DNA of 64,000 nt from Octopus sinensis. Its lineage: Eukaryota. A model generated the notes under the pieces. That model was not told the origin of the DNA. It worked only from the letters and a program-made list of their open reading frames with translations, and made no database searches. Shown one piece after another: positions 42,478 to 54,265 of this stretch (the first letter of the stretch is position 1; each line of letters starts with the position of its first letter). Made by a program: the position numbers and the translations under genes. The DNA lies in NCBI RefSeq assembly GCF_006345805.1, contig NC_043004.1, positions 84,134,001 to 84,198,000 of the forward strand, written 5' to 3'.

Positions 42478-43472
42478 TATGTGTGTGTACATACGCATAT
42501 ACGTACACATACATATATCTTTAAGACTATATATTTCAATATACACACAGACACGTGCGCGCACATACACATACACATAGATATCTTTCTATGTAAACAC
42601 CAAGGGAATGAACGTGTATGTGTGTATAAGGATGAATAATTATACCAGAGTGATAGTATTTATTAATCAAACCACTCTGATGGTAACCAACGACGGTCAA
42701 GGTTAAGTTAACAAGAAAGACTAAATGTTGGTATTCTGCCAATCATTTGCCAACGCGTCTTTTGAATCAAAGTGCATACAACATAAGAAATAAATTCTTC
42801 TAGATTATATCTCGGCATCATTATTAGAACTTTAACTTACTTACTTCAAAGGCGAGACAGGTTCATGCGAAAGAGGAGAGCGGATATTAGGTTTTGTTCA
42901 TTTATATTTTATACTGTTGGTTTTTAAATTGCATTAATTAATTTTCGTCTATCTACTTTATAATTTACTCTTTTGATTCTTATTAGCGTTAATCTATGTG
43001 CTACTTTTATAACTTGTTTCCATTTGGATCTATTTGTTGTTTTATTCAATAGAATAGAGAAGCAAGGGAAAACTACATGCGATCCAGCACTTTTCGCGGT
43101 TCATCTCATCTGATAGCGTGCGAGTACACAGGTAGTGCTGAACATGTTTATGGAATATGTTTTAGTATATGTATAATATCTGAAAGAAGCAGCGCCTCAC
43201 GCTGGTAATAATGCACAGAGACAACAGTTGGGCCTTGGATTAAGCATGTTCATTCCATCTTCTTGCACAATGATTTTTGAGTTTGAATTATGCGTACGCT
43301 AACAGTTCTTCCCATGTATATCTGGTGAAAAGTGTATTCCTGCTGTATAAGCATTGAGATTCAATATAAATGATGTTTGTTACACACATGCACGCACACA
43401 CACACACACGCACACAAACACACACACACACATATATATATGTATGAATATATGCATATATACATATATATA

Positions 43473-43523
<51 letters not shown>

Positions 43524-44220
43524 GGAAAATACATACATGTATACAGCCATGCCTATATATACATAATATACATGCTTATGCGTGAGTGTACATTGCCTAC
43601 TTTACGATATAAATAATGCCGCTTTATTTAATAGGTATGCAGAATGTGAGATGGGAATTTATGGAAATGAATATATTTAAATTGAAACACTTAATCGGTT
43701 TCCTTTCCCCAAAATTTGAATTTTTCAGCTATATAAGTATTATGAATAAATTTAAACCTAAAAAATGTTTGCGATTTCTGTATTTCAGATAAAAATTGCA
43801 TAAAAATAATAATAGGAAGAAAAGAATTTTTGATTTAGCAAAAATAAAAGTAGAAAATGAGCTCCTAAGGAAAGCCATTGCCTTTAGTGTATTCAAAATA
43901 TGAATGTGTACAATAATGTAGAGTTTTCCCAGGTAGCCGTGTATCTTCGAAATTTTTTTTTTAAATCTCATATCCGCTGCTGTTGCTGTTTAAAAACCAT
44001 GGAATTGTGTATGAATGAAACAAACTGGGAGACATCTAAATTCCAATTCGCTGTCATTCTTAACATTTCCATAAATAATATTCTAAAACACTACAAAAAC
44101 CTTGAAATGCTTGACAACAATCGTTTCTTCTGAAAACCCACGATTTGTTCATATACCGATACAATTCATAATTGCAAAATTTACCTTTCATTCAAGATGA
44201 TATAAGAATGATTATCACCC

Positions 44221-44690
44221 AGTAGTAGGTATCCGTCAGTTTCGAGAGGCCATGGATATACGCCCAAAGAGATCCTGTTAGCTGTTGGTGATGGAGACTC
44301 TATTGTGGCCACACAGGTCCACACGGGAGTGTCAGTCACACTGACAGCGGCAGTATTTCAAGGAGCCCTCTGCCGGTGGTGTTGATTTTTCGTCCGTCGA
44401 ATGCGCTTTTCATTGATGGCGAGTATCTGTCTTTCTTCCGCTTTCTTAATGCCTTTCGCAGTATTTTCCTTCAGTGTCGGTGATGATATGCATCCTCACC
44501 CCATCTCCGGACATCCAGATAAATCGAATTCATATTTCTCTTACAGACATCTTTGAATGGAAGATGGGGTCGTACAGTAGGGTTTATCTCAATGAACTTT
44601 TTTCCCCACAACCCATACAAGAGGGTTTTTTCGAAGGGGAGGGATCCTTCCTTCTGGCATATGATGAACACTGAACATAACCTAGCCAGT
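44221..44690 (-). mobile_element. RTE-clade LINE 3' fragment, decayed
   Basis: Minus-strand remnants LLYG...RPHLPFKDVCKRNM...W and GIKKAEERQILAINEKRIRR, a C-terminal C..C...HSRVDL.GH zinc-finger-like motif, then a 3' end TCCATGGCCTCTCGAAACTGACGGATACCTACTACT. Confidence 0.7.
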
Positions 44691-45499
44691 GCAAACGTCG
44701 CTGCCACTGCTGCTGTTATCAGTTATTTCGTCATTATAAATTTAAGCAATTTTGTTCTCGAAAATCTGAATCTTGAGAATTTGTTGCAATGATGTTGTCA
44801 CTTTAAGTATCTTATCTATAAGGATTTTGCTACATTTAATCCAACATCTCTGTTTATAATTTAGTGCTAGGTTTTCTATAATCAAGTATGTTTTCAAGTA
44901 ATTCTTCCACTATGCAATTTGTCAACATGAACCCAAACAGTACTTTCGTGCATTGTATATACTTCACAATTTCATGTCGTTTTCGCCATTCTCATTTAGA
45001 GCATTCCCTCGACGGTTTCTCCTAAGATCGTCGACAGATGCGCTAAAACACTTTTTTGCATCTTCTCGTATTCGTTCTGTGTAACTGGTTATATTTATTA
45101 AATTACGTTAAACAAAGTTGTTTTCAAACTGAAAATTTAAACTAATTATTCTTCAATACCGTGTACGTGTATAAACCTCACAAAGAAAATAGAACATTTT
45201 AACTGTTTTGGCAGTGACAAATCATTGCTCTTGAATTAGGCGCCTACCAAAGTAACCACCTTCATAAAATTCAATCCTTTGATGATTTGTGTTGTCTCAC
45301 CGCCGACATCTCGTATTTGATCGCTGTGATTGTTATCGTTTGTTCTTTTTATTATGGAACGATTCACATCTTGCTGTTAAGTATTGAACTCTTTGCGCGA
45401 TTAATATAAACAAAGACAAACGTACTCACACACACACACGCAAACACTCAAACATGTGTGCGTATGTGTGTTAGCGCAGACGCGTATGTATATATATAT

Positions 45500-45557
<58 letters not shown>

Positions 45558-45662
45558 TCCTCTTTGAAGAAGAGTTATACGCCCGTGGCCAAAGGAATCT
45601 AACAAGTGGTCTATAAAGCTAAACGCTTTATGGATACGAAACCTTTGGTCACTCTATGTCTG

Positions 45663-45709
<47 letters not shown>

Positions 45710-45759
45710 TTACATTTTTGTCAATATATATACATATATATATATATTTAAGTGTCTCA

Positions 45760-45790
<31 letters not shown>

Positions 45791-45868
45791 GACAGGCGGA
45801 GACAGACAGCTAGATAGATAGATAGGTAGATAAATAGATAGATAGATAGATAGAGAAGATAGATAGAC

Positions 45869-45983
<115 letters not shown>

Positions 45984-46821
45984 GACGTTGGGGAATATAT
46001 GTGTTATTGTGTACTTGAGATTATGTGTGTGTCCGTACATCTTATATTCAGTTCAACCTTTCTGAAGATTTTTCAAAAGGTTTAATTAGTATGAAAATTT
46101 AAAAATCTATTCGTTCCAAACTGTTATTGTTTTCTATGAAAAGAATGCGGTTTATCCAGACATTAGCTATGCCCAGACATGTTTTGCTGTCGATTGAACG
46201 TTTTATACTACTTTTATACTAAAGAAGTCAATTAATTCAACACAAGAACCCCGTTTATTTCTTCAGATCTTCCTATATCCTGAGAAAAATCTTGACAAAA
46301 ATTTTGAGAAAAAGTTTGAGAAAAAATTAGGATATAACCTTACTGATCCTATTGAATGAATACGTCTGCTGTAAACTAAAATAAAGCTCGGCTCATATAA
46401 CTCACAAGTATTTTGAATCTCTAATCCAGTGATTCTAGTTCTCTTGTCATAGCCGCAGAAAAATCAAGTCCAATTTGTTTATCTATATGTTATATGAGTA
46501 AAATGTTCTGTTAAATGGTCTATTTTATTCAGAAGAGTGATATTTAACACAAAGTGAATATTGAAGTACTTTGATTCAGTTCATCCACCGAAGTGACACA
46601 TATATTGGGTGTATTTAGAAGTGTAAAAGTTTCCATGGCATGTTCTTATTCCATCAGAATATGACGTTCTTAATCTTACAAACAACGCACAGGATCTGTC
46701 AAAATTATGATTTGGTACCATATAAAGTTGCAACACAATACACGTCCGGAAATTTTATCAATGCTCAATGTTACTCTAAAGCCTGAACTATTGATAATCG
46801 AGATCTTTTATTTTCGTTCTG

Positions 46822-46879
<58 letters not shown>

Positions 46880-46928
46880 AAACAAGTCAAAAATAGAAAA
46901 TGCTAAAATAATTTTATAGTGAACATTT

Positions 46929-46966
46929 CAGTACCGGTTTCGGTCATTTTGAGACCATTTCAACTG
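46929..46966 (-). ncRNA. Degenerate minimal hammerhead ribozyme in the PLE 3' region
   Basis: CAG-UUGAAAU-GGUC ucaaaau GACC-GAAA-CCGG-UA-CUG. Helices I/II and palindromic helix III (ACCGGU) are intact, but the CUGANGA core is mutated. Confidence 0.5.
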
Positions 46967-47327
46967 TAACGATTAAATAATTAATTTTAGAAAAATTAGA
47001 AGAAAAGTTTTTTTAAAGGAATATTTCTATAGTAGTGTTCAGATATAAGTAGCATTCTGCCTTTCTCTGACTCCCTTGTTTGCACTTGTGTGTTGGAGGT
47101 CGTTGTGAGTTCTTGGTAGGGTAGTAGAGGAAGGAGGCTGATGAGGAAAGGGGGTGGGAGAATCTGGGTGTGCCCTGATGGTCGTATTTTGAATGGTCAG
47201 TGGCGGCTGGCAGTCACAGTTCAATTCAGGAGAATAGTTCTATTGAAAGGCTTGTTTATAGAATTTGCGTAGGTGTTATACTAAAAAGCATTAGTGACAA
47301 AGTTAAGGGGTAGAAGGTGGAGAAGTA

Positions 47328-47503
47328 GAAGAAGAAGAAGAAGAAGAAGAAGAAGAAGATGACGATGTTGATGATGATGATGATGATGAAGAAGAAGAAG
47401 AAGAAGAAGGAGAAGGAGAAGGAGAAGATGACGATGATGGTGATGGTGGTGATGGTTATGACGACGATGATGATGATAATGATGATGATGAAGAAGAAGA
47501 AAA
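47328..47503. repeat. (GAA)n/(GAT)n/(GGT)n compound microsatellite inside the PLE 3' UTR
   Basis: Directly visible. Confidence 0.9.
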
Positions 47504-47668
47504 AACAGAGAAGGGAGAATATGAATGGGTTAAAGTAGTGAGGTGTTGTATGACTTGAAGTTGGCATGTTGTGGATTATAGCTGTGATTTTAGCTGTGAT
47601 TAGTAATGGATTCTTTGGAATGTAATATTTGTGTGTGAATATTTCTTTTATTCTAAAGTTGAGGTATA

Positions 47669-48196
47669 TTAATTGTTTGTCGTAGACCCGTTAAGAAGTG
47701 GCCTGTATTTTGCAATAAAGAGAGTTTCTTTACTTATTCGTTGTCTCGAGGTTGTATCGTCCCTAAATTGGTAGAGGGGGAAAATCCTGAAGCTTGGTGT
47801 TTTTTTGTTGGCGCAAGTATCTATGTGTTGGCTAAAAGCTATTTTTTTGTTTTGGGGAATTTTTATCTGGGATCTGTGCAGGGCCATTCGTTTACGCAAA
47901 TTATTTTTTGTTTGGCCTATGTACTGCTCTTGACACCCGGAGCAGGTTAGTGAGTATATTAGGTTCTCCGAAGCACATGTGAAGTTGCTTTTCACTGTAA
48001 ACCGTTGTCCCTGTTTGAAGGAGAACTTTGATCCCTCAATCAGATAGTCGCATATCCCGCAATTGGGACTTCCACATTTTTTTACTGTCGGCTCCTGTGT
48101 TGAAGAATGAATTCGGGCTTGTGTTAGCAGACTTTTCATGGATTTAGGCTGTCTCTTGCTTTTTATGATCGTGTGTGTTTGGAGGATTGTGTTCAT
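47669..48196 (-). CDS. PLE GIY-YIG endonuclease domain (separated from RT by a frameshift)
   Basis: KRQPKSMKSLLT linker, CGSPNCGIC Cys cluster, NLIYSLTCSGCQEQYIGQT (GIY-YIG), R.RMALH, FSQHIDTC, KETLFI..YRP.LN. Confidence 0.85.
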   Translation of the reverse strand: MNTILQTHTIIKSKRQPKSMKSLLTQARIHSSTQEPTVKKCGSPNCGICDYLIEGSKFSFKQGQRFTVKSNFTCASENLIYSLTCSGCQEQYIGQTKNNLRKRMALHRSQIKIPQNKKIAFSQHIDTCANKKTPSFRIFPLYQFRDDTTSRQRISKETLFIAKYRPLLNGSTTNN

Positions 48197-49644
48197 TCTG
48201 TGGTCTTTCTTAGGAGGGGTATGATGTGGAGGATAGTGCCGAAGGCTTCGTTATTGAGAGGGTTGTGTGTGGAGATGTATGGTAAGGCTTTTGGTTGTAA
48301 GTTTTTCTTTGATTTGGGATGTCTCAGTTCCTTGATGTTAAGTTGAAGGGCACGTTGAATGCACTTGTCAATAAGTGAAGGTGGATAGTTCCTGGTGATA
48401 AGGGTATCTTTTAGTTCTTGTAGTCGTGTGTCTCTGGTGTTTGCGTTCGAGACTCTAGTGCATATCCTTTTTGCTAGGTTGAAGGGGATATTCATCCTGG
48501 TGTGTCTGGGGTGGCATGAATTGAATGGAAGATATTGCTTAGAGTCTGTAGGCTTATAGTATATGTCTGTTTCTATTATATTATTAGCTTTCTTAATGAG
48601 GATATCGAGGAAGGGGAGTTGTTGCTGGCTATATTCCATTGTGAACCGGATGTTTACGTCCAGTCCGTTTAAAATTTCCTGGAATTCTATGAGTTTTTCT
48701 ATATTTTTATGCCAAAGGATGAAACAGTCATCTAGATATCTCTTCCAGTTGTTTTCTATGTAGATGGAGAAAGGGCTGCCATATCTTTCTAGAACCTTAC
48801 GATACAGACTGATCTCTAGATATCCTATGACTAGGTTAGCAAAGGAGGGGGCCATTCGTGTACCCATCGCAGTCCCCGATTTTTGTCGGTAGAAGTTGTC
48901 ATTGAAGGCGAAGAAGTTATTTTCCAGGATGAATTTAACCCCTTCTATCACGAATTCTTTTTTGATGCGATGTGGTAGTTCGTTGGCGTGATTTTCTAGC
49001 CAGAATTGGATTTCCTCTAGTCCTAGGTTGTGGGGGATATTGGAGTTGAGGTTGACTACATCGAAGGATACCAGTATGGTGTTTTTGTTTATAGTATTCG
49101 GTAGGTGATTGAGCATATCTAAGTTGTCCCTTATATAGCTTTTGACATGTTTTAGGAGTGGTTTTAACAGGGTGTCTAAAAAGTTACTGAGGCGGTGGGT
49201 CTCGCATGCGGGAGCTGCTATTATGGGTCTCAATTTGAGGTTATTAGGATTAGGGACTTTAATTATTTTGTCTGTAGCTATCTTGCATGCGTTGCTTATT
49301 TTCTCACTTTTGTGGATCTTAGGTATACCGTAGAATTGGCTGGTTTTGCTTGTGAAATTGGTCATATAATCATATTCTTTGTCGGTGAGCCCTGCTTTGT
49401 ATGGGTTTAATATGGATTTTAGTTCCCTCATTATTTTTTGTTGAATGTAGTTTTGTGCCTTTTCATAGTATGTTGTGTCTTCCAGCATAGAAAGTACCAA
49501 AGTTATGTAAAATGTCGTATCCATTAAGACAACAGCACTCCCTTTATCGGCCTCTTTGATTGTTATTGTTTTATCTAGTTTTAATTTGTTCAACTCAGCC
49601 CATTCTTTTTTGCTGAAGTTTGGTTTGTGTTTTTGTTTGTGCAT
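48193..49644 (-). CDS. PLE reverse transcriptase (frame open upstream of the Met to ~49735; 5'-truncated)
   Basis: IKEADKGSAVV, FYGIPKIHK, LRPII, LVSFDVVNL.SNIP, GTAMGTRMAPSFANL, WKRYLDDCF, LPFLDILI, YYKPTD, SCHPRH. Confidence 0.9.
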   Translation of the reverse strand: MHKQKHKPNFSKKEWAELNKLKLDKTITIKEADKGSAVVLMDTTFYITLVLSMLEDTTYYEKAQNYIQQKIMRELKSILNPYKAGLTDKEYDYMTNFTSKTSQFYGIPKIHKSEKISNACKIATDKIIKVPNPNNLKLRPIIAAPACETHRLSNFLDTLLKPLLKHVKSYIRDNLDMLNHLPNTINKNTILVSFDVVNLNSNIPHNLGLEEIQFWLENHANELPHRIKKEFVIEGVKFILENNFFAFNDNFYRQKSGTAMGTRMAPSFANLVIGYLEISLYRKVLERYGSPFSIYIENNWKRYLDDCFILWHKNIEKLIEFQEILNGLDVNIRFTMEYSQQQLPFLDILIKKANNIIETDIYYKPTDSKQYLPFNSCHPRHTRMNIPFNLAKRICTRVSNANTRDTRLQELKDTLITRNYPPSLIDKCIQRALQLNIKELRHPKSKKNLQPKALPYISTHNPLNNEAFGTILHIIPLLRKTTE

Positions 49645-50164
49645 ATGTTGATATGGGTAATTTGATATGTGGTCACAGAAATCATCAAGTGTTTTGTTCT
49701 TACCTTTCGAGGGGGTGTAGTTACTCCTATTTCTGGCTAAATATATATATATTTAAATATATATATATTTAAATATATATATATTTAAAAGATGTCTCTT
49801 GCAAATTTTGAATAGTGCATTTGGCGGGGAAACGCACGGTGTCCCGACATAATCTCTGATTTTCTTTTAATTGATTGCCAATTATGTTCAAATATATTTT
49901 ATACCTGATGACACAGAAAGAATTCATCAGAAGCATTGACCTTGCAAACAAGGTGCAGAAATATTTACAACATTGTTTTGCACAATAATTAATCAGCGAT
50001 TAAAATGCCCCGTTATGTTAGACCGTTATCTTACCGCTCATTTAGAATATCATTTATGATTATTTTTCATGGCATCATTGGTAGCATTTATCAGATTGAC
50101 TTAGATTAAGAATCTAGTACATTTCGTACACAACACATCGTAGATGTGTATTTGTATTTGTCTG

Positions 50165-50320
50165 TATTTACGTTCTGAGTTTAAATTCCGCCGGGGTCGA
50201 CATGCCTTTCATCATTTCGGTGTCAAGAAATTAAGTACCTGTTGCATGCTGATATCGATCTAATTGAATGGCCCCACCCCAGGCATTTGGGGCCTTGTGC
50301 CTAGAGTAGAAAATAATATA
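50165..50320 (+). mobile_element. SINE family C copy (head-truncated)
   Basis: TTTACGTTCTGAGTTTAAATTCCGCCGGGGTCGAC...GGCCTTGTGCCTAGAGTAGAAA. Confidence 0.65.
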
Positions 50321-50523
50321 TATCACTCTTAGGGTACGGAAATAAATGCGATGCACATCAGGATGATCATATATAGAAAAAAACATTCGCGTAATTTCGA
50401 ATGTACATTTTTAATGTGACAGTTCTTGTTACCAAATATTGGCGTAAATTTAATATTCTTTGTCTTAAAAATTAATTAATTTGAACGAACACACCTTTGT
50501 GGAAATAATAGACTCGTATAATC

Positions 50524-50678
50524 AAAGGCGTGGCTATGTGATAAGTTTGATTTCTCACCACATCGTCCCGGGTTCACTCCCACAGCGTTGAAACTTGACC
50601 AAGAGTATTCTACTATAGTACCGGGGTGACGGAACCCTTGTGAGTAGATTCGTTTGACAGAAGCAGAAAGAAGCCCGT

Positions 50679-50745
<67 letters not shown>

Positions 50746-51085
50746 TATATATATAACGGGAAGCTTTATGAAAATAAACAAAAGACGAAGGCAGGTGGAA
50801 TACAAACAAACAATTGTATTAATAAGGCGCTCAGGAATATAAATAAAACAAGTCTTTTATATGCGTGTGTATGTGTGTGTGTTTATGTGTGTATGTGTGT
50901 GTGTGTGTTTGTTGTTCCATCTAGCACTGCTTGTCAGCTGCTGTTGGTTTGTTTGCGTCCCCGTAACATAGCGGTTCGGCTAACGCGACCGATGGAATAA
51001 GTACTAGGCTTTAACAAGTAATACTATTGTCAATTTATTTCACTAAAAATTCAATGACCGCTGTCTAGTGACTGCAACAAGTAAA
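50524..51085 (+). mobile_element. SINE family B with a PLE-terminus-like fragment (~50755-50850) next to its internal (TA)n; a second B tail follows at ~51100-51330
   Basis: Head AGGCGTGGCTATGTGATAAG..GGGTTCACTCCC, then GAAGCAGAAAGAAGCCCGTTG, (TA)n, AAAACAAAAGACGAAGGCAGGTGG (shared with 54121-54145), (TG)n and the B tail. Confidence 0.65.
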
Positions 51086-51399
51086 TTTTAAAATGTAAAA
51101 GATGTGTGTATGTGTGCATGTGTGTGTGTGTTTATGTGTCTTTGTGTCTGCGTTTGATCTCTACCACTGCTTGATAACCAGTGTTGATGCTTTGCCTCCA
51201 CTTAGTGGTTCGGCAAAAGCAACCGGCAGCTTACGTACCAGGCTTAGCAAAAATATTCATATACTTGGTTCGACTCATTCCACGAAATTTCCTCAAGGTG
51301 AGCCACCAGCATTTCTACAGTCTAACGACTGAAGGTTTTAAAATATAACATGATATAGCACATCGTAAGTGAGCAAAGATGACTTCGCAAATGTTAAAG

Positions 51400-51770
51400 T
51401 GGCACTCCGTCGGTTGCGACGACGAGGGTTCCGGATGATCCGATCAACGTAACAGCCTGCTCTGGAAATTAACGTGTAAGTGGCTGGGCATTCCACAGAC
51501 ATGGGTACTCGTAGTGTAGTTATCAGGGAGGTTCAGCGTGACACAGAGGGTGACAATGCTGGCTCCTTGAAATACACATACAACAGAAACAGGAAGAAAA
51601 GGTGAGAGGAAGTTGTCGTGAAAGAATACAGCAGGGTTCGCCCACCACCCACTGCCGGAGCCTCGTGGAACCTTAGAGTTACTTTCGCTCAGTAAACAGT
51701 CACAATGCCCGAAACCGCGATCCTACGACCGCGAGTTTGCTGATCTAACCACTGGGCCATTGCGCCTCCA
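51400..51770 (-). mobile_element. SINE family A, near full length
   Basis: Minus-strand head TGTGGAGGCGCAATGGCCCAGTGGTTAG... plus a body matching 895-1075. Confidence 0.75.
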
Positions 51771-52378
51771 CAAAAGTGAATGTAAGAATGTATAAAAGAA
51801 AGGGCATCTCTATAAGAGACTTAATTAGGTGAGTTATTGCATGGGAAGAATAATAAGAAAAGCGAGTACGGAATGGAGAATAAGATGAGGACGATAATGT
51901 ACTTATCTTGTTCACATCGAATCAAGAGCAATCAATTACAGTTATTAATAATTTCATATTGATAATTTAATTTCAATGGATATAATTATACTTTCTGATT
52001 ACATATAAATAACAAACAGATACGAATATAGATGAAGGAGAATTCGCCAGACTTATACAATAAATATATAAGTATCATGTATTCATATTCAAAGGTATAT
52101 GTGTGTATATATGTGTGGACTTCAGAGTATGTGGTGAATATACGTGTGTATATGTATGTGTGAATATGTGCGTGCATAATTATATATTTATTATATATAG
52201 GTATATATGTAGCTGTATGTGCCTACATGTATATATGCACGTATGTATATATATATATATACATGCACACACACGCATATATATAAACATATATATATAT
52301 ATATATAATGTATATATATAAATATATATACATATATATATAATGTATATATATAAATATATATATATATACAAATAT

Positions 52379-52411
<33 letters not shown>

Positions 52412-53161
52412 AATATATATATATAATAAATATATATATATATATATATATAATATATATATATATAATATATATATATATAAATATATATATATATATT
52501 TACATACATATATATACACACATCACACATACATATATACATATATATATATACCCATATATATGTATATACATATATACACATATGTATATATATGCAT
52601 GTATGGATGTGTGTATGTATATTTGTGTATGTGTGTAGTATTAATGTAAATGAGTTTAATGATTGGGTTTTATAGACTTACATCATTCATATGAGTTCAG
52701 GAGGTATTCGTCGGTTTTATGAATTCGTCTTTGTAATATTTCAATGAGTGCGTATCAAAGGTCATTATTGAAATTGTTATCACTTCAATCATTCTCCCTA
52801 TGTTGTTAGTATTCACAAGTAAAAATTTTGTAGTTACTACTTTCTTAGCAATCAGTCATTTCTGAGGTCATTTATAAATGCCATGATACTTTAAAAAATA
52901 TCAAGCGGAAAACAATACAAAAACCCTCTTGTCTACTAGTGGTAATTTTAGTACCAGTTCATTTGAATTTTTTGTTTTTAGTCTGCATCCATACTTCAGA
53001 TTATTTGAATTGATTTATAGCTTCTATAAATTAAACAGTATTGATTGCTTGCTCATATAATTCATCAGAAATATTTAGAGATCTCTGGAAAAGTACAGTA
53101 AATTTTTTATCAAAAGTGCAATATATATATGTGTATGTGTGTGTATGTATATATATATATA

Positions 53162-53265
<104 letters not shown>

Positions 53266-53355
53266 ATGTTTCTACATGTACATAAGTATAAGTCATAAAT
53301 ATGCATATCTATCTACTTACCTGTATAGAATGTCAATAAGTAGCAAGAATGTCAA

Positions 53356-53456
53356 GTTATCAATACATTACGGCCGTTTCGAGCGACTCAATTTAATCGA
53401 TCAATGAAAACATTACATCAATATGAAAGAAACCGCTCTCATCAGACGTAGATAAC
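53356..53456 (-). ncRNA. Type-I hammerhead ribozyme with fully canonical core and long helix II loop
   Basis: GUUAUC UACGU-CUGAUGA-GAGCG-[48 nt]-CGCUC-GAAA-CGGCCG-UA-AUGUA uu GAUAAC. All core nucleotides are canonical, G10.1-C11.1 is present, helix III is palindromic (ACGGCCGU), cleavage triplet GUA. Confidence 0.75.
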
Positions 53457-53629
53457 CATATAGATTTGCAACATATTTAAGACATTTATATCAATACTAG
53501 AAACCCAAATAATTACATTGTTTCCTTATGTTATATTTGTGTTAGAATGTGTTTAGAAAAAATGCATATTTTATTAAGCCATATATATATAAAAACGCGC
53601 ATACACACACACACAGACACAAGCACACA

Positions 53630-53693
<64 letters not shown>

Positions 53694-53846
53694 ATTTATG
53701 TGAAATAGATAGATGAATAATCTTGTAGTAGATTAATCAAAAGTTTAACCGATACCTTAGTAGCAAAAATCACAGCAGTAAACAGCACGGTTGGAGGTAC
53801 AACCATCTGGCGTTGCAACCGTGCGTTGGTGCGGATAATTGAAATT

Positions 53847-54072
53847 AAAACATTATTGGTGAATTGAAGAAATGGAGCTGAACGCAGATTGAACAGAAAT
53901 CGTTTTATTTCATTCTACACGTGTTTCGAAAGGCACAAATTACCAAAATCCGATGGTCCCATTATTCAATCGGATTTTGGTAGTTTGTGCCTTTCGAAAC
54001 ACGTGTAGAATGAAATAAAACGATTTCTGTTCAATCTGCGTTCAGCTCCATTTCTTCAATTCACCAATAATG

Positions 54073-54076
<4 letters not shown>
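53847..54076. repeat. Near-perfect inverted repeat, 108-bp arms, 14-nt spacer
   Basis: 53847-53954 vs 53969-54076, one mismatch seen; each arm carries the 3' half of a hammerhead (GAAA-CACGUG-UA-GAAUG). Confidence 0.9.
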
Positions 54077-54103
<27 letters not shown>

Positions 54104-54107
<4 letters not shown>

Positions 54108-54265
54108 AGAGTTTACGAAAAAACAAAAGACGAAGACAGGTGGTGTACAAAACAATCAGGAATAGAAAAAGCCTTTTCCGTTTCCGAGCCTACGCTCTTC
54201 TACAGAAAGGTACACAGAAAAATAAAAGAACGAGAGAAACAGGAAGAGAAAACATGTGTATATAT
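54104..54265 (-). mobile_element. PLE-terminus-like repeat abutting (TA)n
   Basis: (TA)n GGGAGAGTTTACGAAAAAACAAAAGACGAAGACAGGTGG is shared with 50755-50800; contains a GAGC-GTAG-GCTC hairpin followed by GGAAAC. Confidence 0.45.

Larger units (their letters stand above)
46876..49737 (-). mobile_element. Penelope-like retroelement (EN+, Neptune-like), 5'-truncated
   Basis: RT followed by a C-terminal GIY-YIG. The 3' UTR holds an internal trinucleotide block and a degenerate hammerhead. The 3' end abuts (TA)n (46824-46875); the 5' end is at TA-rich repeats (~49737). Confidence 0.9.

Noticed and set aside
45565-45660. Hammerhead-like TTGAAGA...GAAACCTTTGGTC
   Set aside because: Helix I cannot be formed in the right order and the core is imperfect.
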